The translations under genes and the position numbers were made by a program. From positions 1 through 64,000 of IMG/VR virus record IMGVR_UViG_3300044617_001255: a stretch of 64,000 nt of DNA, one strand, 5' to 3'. Source of the stretch: a virus. The notes under the pieces were generated by a model. That model worked only from the letters and a program-made list of their open reading frames with translations. It did no database searches and was not told where the DNA came from. Position 1 is the stretch's first letter. Each line of letters opens with the position of its first letter. Shown one piece after another: positions 26,639 through 35,050 of the stretch.

Positions 26639-27088
26639 ATGCCAAACTGGTGCAACAACTTCCTCCGCATCGCAGTCCCCACCGACCCTGCGTTTCGTGC
26701 CTACTTCAGAGGCTTCTGCTCCGCAGACCACAAGGAGTCAGGACTGGTTCTTCCCTTCTCGTTTGAGAAGATCGTGCCGATGCCCGAGTCCGAGGCAAAC
26801 AACTGGTATGACTGGCGCATTCAGAACTGGGGGACCAAGTGGGATCTCGTTCCACCGGACTGCTACACTTGGTCAACCACCAAGTCGATCTGGTACAACT
26901 TCCAGACAGCATGGGGACCACCCATCGAAGTCATCAAGGTTCTGTCCAAGAACTTTCCAACGAACTTCATGCGGTTGGAGTTTGAGGAGAAGGGCCTGAA
27001 CATGAGCGGGAATCTCCGCTTTCAGGCGGGGTTCATGCTCTCGCACTCTACGGCGACATGTGGCGGGAAACCGATGCAACTTGTGTGA
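26639..27088 (+). CDS. DUF1281/YubB ferredoxin-like (Api92-like) protein, leaderless
   Basis: MPNWC.N.L.I, WYDWR..NWGTKW, F.TAW.PP; TTGACA-N16-TAAAAT-N6-ATG. Confidence 0.8.
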   Translation: MPNWCNNFLRIAVPTDPAFRAYFRGFCSADHKESGLVLPFSFEKIVPMPESEANNWYDWRIQNWGTKWDLVPPDCYTWSTTKSIWYNFQTAWGPPIEVIKVLSKNFPTNFMRLEFEEKGLNMSGNLRFQAGFMLSHSTATCGGKPMQLV

Positions 27089-27121
27089 AAATTTCAACAA
27101 ATCCCTGGACAACCGGGGAGA

Positions 27122-27200
27122 TTGTTGACAGCGAATCAATCCCTTTAAAGTCCCTCCCACCTCTTCGATGTGGTCGGGGGGATTGATTCGCTGTCAACAA
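27122..27200. repeat. Inverted-repeat element copy 4
   Basis: Perfect 22-bp arms TTGTTGACAGCGAATCAATCCC / GGGATTGATTCGCTGTCAACAA. Confidence 0.9.
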
Positions 27201-27468
27201 ATATTAATTTCACATATTGATTGGGGATTTCGCTTGACGCCCCAGGCCCGGAGCTGCAGTCCGCCAGGGCGTCTGGTGAATGGCGAATATAAAAAAAGAA
27301 TCCCCGGCGTGACCGGGGATTCGTGAGACGGTTTAGTAAGTCATCCGGGGAGCCGTAACTCGCAACCGGCGAATGGTGATTTAGGAAACTCACCGAACCT
27401 TCAATATAAACCCCTGTTCACGGATATCCTGTCGGTAGGGGCAACACCGTTTCGCGCACGGCGAATCG

Positions 27469-27726
27469 TCACGCCGGGACACGGCGGGGACGACCACGCT
27501 TCTCCTCACGGACGGTGAGGGTGGCGAGATTGGTTAGTTCGGGGAACTGGAACATACCCCGACCTGCCTTGCGGCTCGCATCGCTCGTCACCCACACGGG
27601 GATGACGCTGTAACCGAGCGCATCCTTTGCGGTGAGGAGTTCGGAACGGCTGAACACCGTCTTGCCCGGATGGGCGGTGGCGAGGTGCGAGAGGAACTGC
27701 ATCTGATTGGAAGTGTAAGTCTGCAT
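27469..27726 (-). CDS. Small putative DNA-binding protein resembling the N-terminal domain of the adjacent AAA+ ATPase
   Basis: RBS AAGGAG; SR.EL...P.W....RK.GRG.F..PEL; C-terminal KRGRPRR. Confidence 0.6.
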   Translation of the reverse strand: MQTYTSNQMQFLSHLATAHPGKTVFSRSELLTAKDALGYSVIPVWVTSDASRKAGRGMFQFPELTNLATLTVREEKRGRPRRVPA

Positions 27727-27945
27727 TGTGCAGGCTCCTTTTTGTCTGAATGAATCTTGTCACCGGGAACGCCCCTGCGACACTATTCATTATATCCATT
27801 TTTTCGTCAAGTCAAGGGGATTTCTTCGATTTTCGAATACCACAATTCTTCCTGAATTTGTGATATTTCCTCTTGACATTCCAGGCCCTCCAGGAGGAGT
27901 GGGTCACACAACTCAACCCACTCCTCCAACTCCAAGAGGTCATCG

Positions 27946-29136
27946 TTAGGCATTGAGTGCCGCCTCCGTGCTGACGCTCTCCGCCGGGACTTCCGGCTTC
28001 GACGCGATTGCCGATGCGTCGATCTTCGTGTAGAGGTTGACGAACGAATCGCGGCTGTCCGGGCTGAACCGACCAACGCAGTCGGTGACTGCCTTCATCC
28101 TGTCGCGGAAGATGCTGTAGTTCAGCACAATGTGCTCCAGTCGGCGGGTCGTGATGATGTCATCGACACCACCCTCCTTGAACGTCTTGCGGATGATCTC
28201 TGCCCACTTCACAAGGTTGTCGGCAAACTCATCGTCGCGGCATCCGTTGTCCTTCATAATGTTGAGGACGATGCGCTTCTCAACCGCCTTCGATGGGTAG
28301 TCCTGCTCGTACATGACATAGAACCGCTCAAGGAAGGCTTCGTTGAGAATGTTCGTGCCTGCGAACCGCTCGCTGCCCTCGCCTGCCTGTCCCTTTGTGT
28401 TGGCGGTGGCGAACACGTTGAACCCCGGCGCAGGCATGACGTACTTGTTGATCTTCTTCAGGAAGATGCCCTTGCCCTCAAGCACGGGCTGAAGGCACAT
28501 GATCTTGTGCGAGCCGAGGTCAACCTCGTCAAGCAGCAGAATCGCGCCACGCTTCATGGCAGTAATGACTGCGCCATCCTGCCACACGGTCGAACCATCG
28601 ACCAGTCGGAACCCGCCAAGCAGGTCATCCTCATCGGTCTGTGCGGTGATGTTGACACGGACGTACTCCCGGTTCAACTTGGAGCAGACCTGCTCCACCA
28701 TCGTCGTCTTGCCGTTGCCCGACAAACCCGTGATGTAGACGGGGTAGAACCGCTTGGACTCGATGATCTTGCTGATATCGCTGAAGTGTCCGTAGGGGAC
28801 GTAGTGCGACAACTTCGCCGGGACGAGGTTGTCGGTTGCGGTGGTGCTGACGGACGGCTGATAGTTGAGAACTGACATTGGAGTTTCCTCTTGTGTTGGA
28901 AGTGTGAGAATGGTGGAAGGCACAGATGGGACGATGGTAGCCGGGGCGGTGTTGGAGGTCAACTCCTGCACCTCGTACTTGCCACTAGCAAGACGGCGTG
29001 TAGGCACGTTGAGGATCCATGTAGGCATGGGAACCTTGTGCTTGTACACGACCGCCTTGATCTGTGAGCGGGTGAGAGGTGAGGTGTAGCCTTCTGCACG
29101 GCAGGCTTCGACAAACTTGGTCATGGAGTCGTTCAT
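27946..29136 (-). CDS. CobS/MoxR-like AAA+ ATPase
   Basis: Walker A GLSGNGKT, DEDDLLGG, Walker B LLLDEVD, ATANTKG, AFLERF, TRRL. Confidence 0.9.
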   Translation of the reverse strand: MNDSMTKFVEACRAEGYTSPLTRSQIKAVVYKHKVPMPTWILNVPTRRLASGKYEVQELTSNTAPATIVPSVPSTILTLPTQEETPMSVLNYQPSVSTTATDNLVPAKLSHYVPYGHFSDISKIIESKRFYPVYITGLSGNGKTTMVEQVCSKLNREYVRVNITAQTDEDDLLGGFRLVDGSTVWQDGAVITAMKRGAILLLDEVDLGSHKIMCLQPVLEGKGIFLKKINKYVMPAPGFNVFATANTKGQAGEGSERFAGTNILNEAFLERFYVMYEQDYPSKAVEKRIVLNIMKDNGCRDDEFADNLVKWAEIIRKTFKEGGVDDIITTRRLEHIVLNYSIFRDRMKAVTDCVGRFSPDSRDSFVNLYTKIDASAIASKPEVPAESVSTEAALNA

Positions 29137-29356
29137 GCGGTGCAGTATAAGGCATCCGGGGTGGGGTGCAATAGGTTTGTTGCAATAATGTCACATATTG
29201 CGCAGAATGGCCGAAACCTGGATTTTACAAAAGGCAGGGCTGGCCTGACATTTGAATAATTGCAAATCCCCCTGGTCGCAGCTCCTGGCACAACTATCTG
29301 CATCGAACTTCACAAATAGTGCTTGCAACCGAGGCAGGAGTCGGTATACTTGGGGC

Positions 29357-31633
29357 ATGACCAACCCAATCAATCCATCCAAGTCCTCGCTCGCTCGCCT
29401 GATGTCCACAGAGAACCTGAAGGTTGTCTACGACAACAAGGCGCATACCGCATCCTTCAATGTCGTTTCCCGTGAACTCCGGCTCCCCGTCTACAAGGAT
29501 TTCGTGGACGAGACTGTCGATATGTTCGTCGGGCATGAGGTAGGGCACGCTCTCTACACTCCCGGCACGGAGGAGGCATTCGTCGGTGCGCTCAACGCCA
29601 TCGACCCCAAGAACCATCCCTCCGCAAAGTCGTTCCTGAATGTCGTTGAGGACGTTCGCATCGACCGCCTCATCAAGAACAAGTACCCCGGCATTCGCCG
29701 CTGCTACACCGCAGCATCCGCAGACCTTGTGAAGCACGACCTGTTCGGTCTGCGTGAGCCGGGTGCGGAGCCAGTCGATCAGATGCCGATGATCGACCGC
29801 CTCAACCTCCACTTCAAGGCAGGCATCTACGGCACTCTGCCCGTGTTCCTCACGGAGCGTGAGCAGGCATTCGCTGATCGCATGGAGCGAGCAGAGACTT
29901 TCGATGAGGTTGTGCAGATCGCAAAGGATCTGTACGAGGCATCGTTCGATGACATTCAGAACTCGCCGGATCAGAAGGTTGCCGTGCCGCAGCAGGCAAA
30001 GCAGGGCGAGGAGGGCGAGGGCAAGCAGGGAAATCCCCTTGACACGGAGAACCGCAAGGTCGATGACTCCGCAGAGGGCAACGATGGCAAACTCGCAGCC
30101 AATCCACGAATCGACAACAGCCACAACCGCAGCCGTCCCCGTCCGTGCAGCACGCAGGAGAAGTACGAGCAGGCAAAGAGCCGCAAGATCGACTCGCAGA
30201 GCGACGAGTACGCCTACTACGAGATGGCGAAGCCGAACCTTGACGCAATCGTGATCGACTACCCCACCGTGCTTGCGGACCTTGATGCGAACCGCAACGA
30301 TCCGGCAAACCGCTGCGCGGAGTGTTGGGTCGGAGACTCGCTCTACGAGAAGTACCGGCAGACGAATCTCCCTGCCGTCCGCATCATGGCTCGCACCTTT
30401 GAGCGCAAGCAGTCAGCGGTTCTTGATGCTCGCACACTCATCAGCAAGACGGGAATCATCGACCCGAACTCGCTCCACTCGTACCGCTTCAACGATGACA
30501 TCTTCACCCGGAATCAGGAGCAGCCCAACGGCAAGAAGCACGGCATGGTGATCTATGTCGATTGGAGCAGCAGCATGGGAGGCACGATGCTCGCTACCGT
30601 GCAGCAGATCGTCGCACTCGCAGACTTCTGCGATATGGTGCGAATCCCCTACGAGGTGTATGCGTTCTCATCGGCTCTTGATGATCGCCAACTCAAGAAG
30701 GCAGGCATCAAGCGCAAGGATCGTTACGACACTCCCGCACAGATCTACGGTGCGTATTGGCATGGCTTCTCATCCACGCCGAATCAATGGGGCAGCGAGG
30801 ACATCGACCCGCAGGGCAGGCTCTACATGAGTCCGTTCCAACTGGTGAATCTGCTCTCGTCCAAGATGAGCAAGACGGAGCGAGTGTCGATGCAGAAGCA
30901 TTTGCTCGTCATGGGCGCATCGTTCGATGGCGCAATCATCAACGGCATTCGCTACTACTACCCCATCCCCTCGCTCTACAACTTGGGCAGCACTCCGCTT
31001 GATGAGGCGGTTGTGTGTGCCTGTGAGCAGGTTCCTGCGTTCATGCAGCAGCACGGCGTTCAGGTGATGAACACGGTTCTCATCACCGATGGCGGATCCG
31101 GTTCGCAGGTCGTGAAGGATGCGTACATCAACAACGTGCTGCGCTACAACGGCGAGGACATTCCGCTTCAGCCGTGCAACTCGTACAACTCGTTCACCAA
31201 CTCGCTGCTTGGCGTTCTCAAGCGCAAGACGGGGACGAACATCATCAACTTTGAACTGCTCATGGGTCGTGGACACGACCACCGCTTCTGGGGCATGGCT
31301 ACTCCGTGCTTCACCCGTCACAACCGGATGCGGCACGACAATCGGGTTCACATGAAGCGCAACGTGACGGATGAGCAGAGAATCGCAGATCAGATGAAGA
31401 AGCATTACGAGGACAAGAACTACGCCATCCGTGAGAACTACGGGAACATCGACGCATTCGTGATGATCCCCGGCAAGACCGGACTGGTTGAGGCGCAGTC
31501 GTTCGACTCGCTCGTTGAGGGTGCTACGACGATCACCAAGATTCGCTCTGCGTTCGTCAAGACCTCATCGAATGCCGTCAACACTCGCTTCATGCTGAAT
31601 CAGATGGGCGAGGTGTTCGCCAGTCAACTCTGA
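29357..31633 (+). CDS. HExxH peptidase-like plus von Willebrand A domain protein (CobT-like AAA partner), leaderless
   Basis: HEVGH, NVVEDVRI, MIDAS VDWSSSM, STPL, LITDG; TTGCAA-N16-TATACT-N6-ATG. Confidence 0.85.
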   Translation: MTNPINPSKSSLARLMSTENLKVVYDNKAHTASFNVVSRELRLPVYKDFVDETVDMFVGHEVGHALYTPGTEEAFVGALNAIDPKNHPSAKSFLNVVEDVRIDRLIKNKYPGIRRCYTAASADLVKHDLFGLREPGAEPVDQMPMIDRLNLHFKAGIYGTLPVFLTEREQAFADRMERAETFDEVVQIAKDLYEASFDDIQNSPDQKVAVPQQAKQGEEGEGKQGNPLDTENRKVDDSAEGNDGKLAANPRIDNSHNRSRPRPCSTQEKYEQAKSRKIDSQSDEYAYYEMAKPNLDAIVIDYPTVLADLDANRNDPANRCAECWVGDSLYEKYRQTNLPAVRIMARTFERKQSAVLDARTLISKTGIIDPNSLHSYRFNDDIFTRNQEQPNGKKHGMVIYVDWSSSMGGTMLATVQQIVALADFCDMVRIPYEVYAFSSALDDRQLKKAGIKRKDRYDTPAQIYGAYWHGFSSTPNQWGSEDIDPQGRLYMSPFQLVNLLSSKMSKTERVSMQKHLLVMGASFDGAIINGIRYYYPIPSLYNLGSTPLDEAVVCACEQVPAFMQQHGVQVMNTVLITDGGSGSQVVKDAYINNVLRYNGEDIPLQPCNSYNSFTNSLLGVLKRKTGTNIINFELLMGRGHDHRFWGMATPCFTRHNRMRHDNRVHMKRNVTDEQRIADQMKKHYEDKNYAIRENYGNIDAFVMIPGKTGLVEAQSFDSLVEGATTITKIRSAFVKTSSNAVNTRFMLNQMGEVFASQL

Positions 31634-32232
31634 AAGACTGGCTCAAGCACTCGTCGCACAATCGTTGGTATGGTCAGGTGAGCCCTTCTCCGAAAGGAGG
31701 AGGGCATCACTTTTTGTATGTACTTGTTGCTGAAAGGATCCCTGCGCCAATTCCAAGTAGGGAATTCGCGCATCATGTGGTAGAGATATATGTACGTATT
31801 CGCCGCACGAATATATGTCTTTACTCCGATGCGCAGCCTGTGGCGTAGTGCTAGCTCGATGGCCTTGCGTTCAGTCTGTCGCTCATATGTGCGAACACGG
31901 CGGAATGCCCAATCCAACTGACGACGAGAGTACCTGCGGGCACCAGTCGTGTAGTCAGCAACAATATGTGTAGCACGGTCGTCCTGGCGTTCGTCTCTGG
32001 CTGACTGCTCCAGCCACAGAACGAAATGCGAATACTCATGAAGCAGAGTCCATAGCCAACGACCATTCCCCCTGGCTACACGGATCTCTCTCCTGGCTGC
32101 GTTGAAGTAGCCAGCGATGCGAATACCTTCGCAATTCACATTTAATCCTTTTCCAAATATAAGTTTCCATCCGTACTCTGCCAGATGGGAACGAACATGC
32201 TGGACGAACTTAAATGTGGTATCTTGCATCAT
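31624..32232 (-). CDS. Zn-metallopeptidase-like protein
   Basis: LLHEYSH and downstream E. Confidence 0.55.
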   Translation of the reverse strand: MMQDTTFKFVQHVRSHLAEYGWKLIFGKGLNVNCEGIRIAGYFNAARREIRVARGNGRWLWTLLHEYSHFVLWLEQSARDERQDDRATHIVADYTTGARRYSRRQLDWAFRRVRTYERQTERKAIELALRHRLRIGVKTYIRAANTYIYLYHMMREFPTWNWRRDPFSNKYIQKVMPSSFRRRAHLTIPTIVRRVLEPVFQS

Positions 32233-32304
32233 ATCTATTTAGGTTATAAGGGACCGAAAGGGCCGAAAAGACCTGGCTGGTTTTCGATCTGGGAATTTCA
32301 CATA

Positions 32305-32384
32305 TTGTTGACAGCGATTTAACATATTAAGCGAAGACAAGCGAGAGCGAGTCGAGTGGGGATATGTTAAATCGCTGTCAACAA
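32305..32384. repeat. Inverted-repeat element copy 5
   Basis: Perfect 23-bp arms TTGTTGACAGCGATTTAACATAT / ATATGTTAAATCGCTGTCAACAA. Confidence 0.9.
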
Positions 32385-32467
32385 GTCCGATAATAAGGCC
32401 CCTGGCGGCTTTCAAACCGGATAGAGAAACTTGACAGGTCCGATAAGTTACCGTACAATGGGGGTTC

Positions 32468-32818
32468 ATGAGCAGTTACCGCCCATATTATCGACCGTTT
32501 CGAATGGTGAAATTATCGGACCTGACCGATAACCGATTTGAGAAATTTACAGTTATCGGAATAAGCGCGCTGCTGCTGATGCTCATGTGGGGATTCGTCT
32601 GGGTAATTTTCAAATTCACATATTCGAGCGGGGAAGACGACCAGACAATCCAGGCCCCACTGAACCAGCCAGAGAATCAGGATATATACAATTGGAGAAC
32701 TATATCATGCCCACCTACGAGTACAAGTGCTTCGCCTGTGAACACACATTCGAACAATTCCTACCATTATCCCAACGTCAAGCCCCGACCAAGGAGGCTT
32801 GCCCCCACTGTTCCTTAA
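32468..32818 (+). CDS. Hypothetical membrane protein
   Basis: TTGACA 32431-N17-TACAAT; one TM segment; long overlap with next gene. Confidence 0.45.
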   Translation: MSSYRPYYRPFRMVKLSDLTDNRFEKFTVIGISALLLMLMWGFVWVIFKFTYSSGEDDQTIQAPLNQPENQDIYNWRTISCPPTSTSASPVNTHSNNSYHYPNVKPRPRRLAPTVP

Positions 32819-32991
32819 AGAAAGTAAAACAAGTAGTACTCAGTGTACCAGGCATGGCTGTCGATACATCACATAGAATCGATGGTAAGGCTACGGGACA
32901 GTTTAGAGATATCATGCAGAAGGTATCTCAGTCTCCAGGTATCAAGGGCTCTAAGAGGGAGAGGGCTCTGAAGAACCGATACGGGCTGTAA
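32707..32991 (+). CDS. FmdB-family zinc-ribbon protein
   Basis: MPTYEYKC..C.H.FE...CP.C; RBS GGAG. Confidence 0.85.
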   Translation: MPTYEYKCFACEHTFEQFLPLSQRQAPTKEACPHCSLKKVKQVVLSVPGMAVDTSHRIDGKATGQFRDIMQKVSQSPGIKGSKRERALKNRYGL

Positions 32992-33168
32992 TATATGAAT
33001 TGATTGGGGAATTTTCGAAAAGTCTTCGAATAAGGCTTCGAATGGGGAATTTGTGAATTCATATATTGGATTCGATTAGAGAAAATCCGAATATGTGAGA
33101 AAGACTATACCACACAACACCCCCATTAAAAAACATTAATTTAATATTCATTTTCTACATACTTCTGT

Positions 33169-33711
33169 ATGAAATCATTTACTCAATATCTCTCTGAACA
33201 ACAAAAGTATACCTCTGCGTCTACTTCTATTAATAAATCTAAACTTCCAAAGGGCTATACGGCTGTAGGAAAGCACTTTGGATGGCAAAAGGGTTCTACT
33301 CATATAGACATTGGGGGAGGTAGATTCGATAATGCTATAGAGCATTTATCAAAACATGGCGTAAAGGGTCATGTATATGATCCGTATAATCGTACTGCGG
33401 AACATAATGAAAATGTTTTAAAAACAGTTGGGGGAAAGGCTGATACGGCTTCTCTATTTAATGTATTAAATGTAATAGAGGAGCCTGAACATCATGTCTC
33501 TGCTTTGAAACTGGCTCATGGCAGTCTTAAACCCGGTGGTAGGCTATTTGTGGGTGTCTACGAAGGGGATAAGAGTGGTAAGGGTAAGCAAACGGGGAAA
33601 GACTCCTATCAGAGAAATGAGCGACTGGGGAATTATTTAAAAACAGTTCAAAGCGTGTTTCCAAATGCTGCGATTCATAAAGGTGTAATACATGCCACCA
33701 AAGACGAATAG
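33169..33711 (+). CDS. Class I SAM-dependent methyltransferase with capsid-targeting-like N-terminus
   Basis: MKSFTQYLSE; IDIGGG, YDPY, NVLNVI, LKPGG. Confidence 0.7.
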   Translation: MKSFTQYLSEQQKYTSASTSINKSKLPKGYTAVGKHFGWQKGSTHIDIGGGRFDNAIEHLSKHGVKGHVYDPYNRTAEHNENVLKTVGGKADTASLFNVLNVIEEPEHHVSALKLAHGSLKPGGRLFVGVYEGDKSGKGKQTGKDSYQRNERLGNYLKTVQSVFPNAAIHKGVIHATKDE

Positions 33712-33768
33712 GGAATTTCACAAAACATTCCCTCTTGACAGACGAGGTGTATGAGTTACAATACACCC

Positions 33769-34212
33769 ATGTCAAACACAACACTCAATCGTAAGAACCG
33801 TATCATCAAGACCAACATCACGGCTACCACTAGCGGCAGGGGCCTGTGGACGGAGGAGCGCAAGACCGTGAACATTCACTCGGTCAAGTTCATGCCTGTC
33901 ATCTATGACGAGCCTGGGCGTGAGAGCGGAGCCATGTACATCGAAGCCTACTTTGACCGTAAGGAGTGGAACACTCGTCAGGATGGTCTGATCTATACGG
34001 ATCAAAAGTGGATGCGAGAGTTTCGTCAGGGGTTCTTTGCTCAGTTTCCTGAGTTGCGAGAGGTTGATGCCAACATCGACTACTCAGAGCAGGGGGCGCA
34101 GGGTCTAAACTACGTTCATATTGTTCTGGTGGCTAACAAGGGCAAGAAGTTCGACAAGTTCATGGAGTTTCTTCGTCAGTACGATCTGATGGCTACCGTG
34201 GAACTTCTCTGA
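33769..34212 (+). CDS. Hypothetical early protein (leaderless)
   Basis: TTGACA 33735-N16-TACAAT 33757-N6-ATG. Confidence 0.7.
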   Translation: MSNTTLNRKNRIIKTNITATTSGRGLWTEERKTVNIHSVKFMPVIYDEPGRESGAMYIEAYFDRKEWNTRQDGLIYTDQKWMREFRQGFFAQFPELREVDANIDYSEQGAQGLNYVHIVLVANKGKKFDKFMEFLRQYDLMATVELL

Positions 34213-34398
34213 ATTTCACAAATAGGAATTTGTATAAAATGCCTGAGACACATATGGAACAACTGCTGAAGCAGGAAATTGAGAAGTTAACAAAAGAGAA
34301 CGAACAATTGCGTCTTGAGAGAGATGAACTTGAGAAGCGAGTGGATGAATTCATTGACGAGAAGTATGCTCCACGGGGCATTTGGGGAGATTTTACAA

Positions 34399-34704
34399 AT
34401 GAGTGACGACCTTTCTCTGTCCCGAAGTGAGCGAGAAATGTATACAACAGATTCTCGTATTTGTGAATTAACAAATGAGCGGGCAGTTCTGAATGAGATC
34501 GTTGAGTCTCAGAGAAATGAACTGGCTTTCCTTGTGGAGAGAGTCCGTGTCCTTACGCAGGAGCGTGACGAGGCACGACAGGAGATATGCATACGAGTGT
34601 GTGACACTCTTGGTGCGGTACTTAGTGGTTCACCTCGCACTCCGCAGGACTATGCTGAGAAGATGGGGTGGGACTGCTTCAAAGAGGACACAAATGACCG
34701 ATAA
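34399..34704 (+). CDS. Coiled-coil protein with ERDEAR...GWDCF module
   Basis: RBS GGAG; shared motif. Confidence 0.6.
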   Translation: MSDDLSLSRSEREMYTTDSRICELTNERAVLNEIVESQRNELAFLVERVRVLTQERDEARQEICIRVCDTLGAVLSGSPRTPQDYAEKMGWDCFKEDTNDR

Positions 34705-35050
34705 CGACATCGTGAGCCGCCTGAACCGCATTCTGTCTGCTGCGGACGAACGAGGGCTGGATGAGACTGAATGCCGTGCCATGCAGGATGCGGTTACCGA
34801 AATTGAGAAGATGCGTAACAATCCATTCACCTGGTGGGTACGCGAAAAGAATTTCAATTGTACCATTGAGGCAAATGTTGCAGTCACCTTTGAGTTTCTT
34901 CAGGAAGCGGATGCCCTTGGAAATGATGAGATACTGCGACATGTTTGTGATATGATCGCTGGTGACATCATGGCTGCATACCGAAAGAGAAATAATGAAC
35001 TGTTCGGGACACCGAATAGAATTTCTAACAAGGAGAACAACAATGACTGA
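34694..35050 (+). CDS. Hypothetical protein
   Basis: RBS GAGG before MTDND. Confidence 0.55.
   Translation: MTDNDIVSRLNRILSAADERGLDETECRAMQDAVTEIEKMRNNPFTWWVREKNFNCTIEANVAVTFEFLQEADALGNDEILRHVCDMIAGDIMAAYRKRNNELFGTPNRISNKENNND

Noticed and set aside
27946-29136. cobS as a cobalamin-biosynthesis auxiliary gene
   Set aside because: No cobN or other cob genes, and the partner is a peptidase-vWA protein; gene symbol withheld
28132-31405. Long antisense or alternative-frame ORFs (e.g. 28132-28875, 29294-30124, 30770-31405)
   Set aside because: Expected shadows of high-GC3 genes; no motifs or start signals
23857-32384. Hairpin elements as CRISPR repeats, integron attC sites or MITEs
   Set aside because: Repeats are inverted and kb apart with no cas genes; GTT/AAC orientation is opposite to attC and no integrase was seen; no consistent target-site duplication
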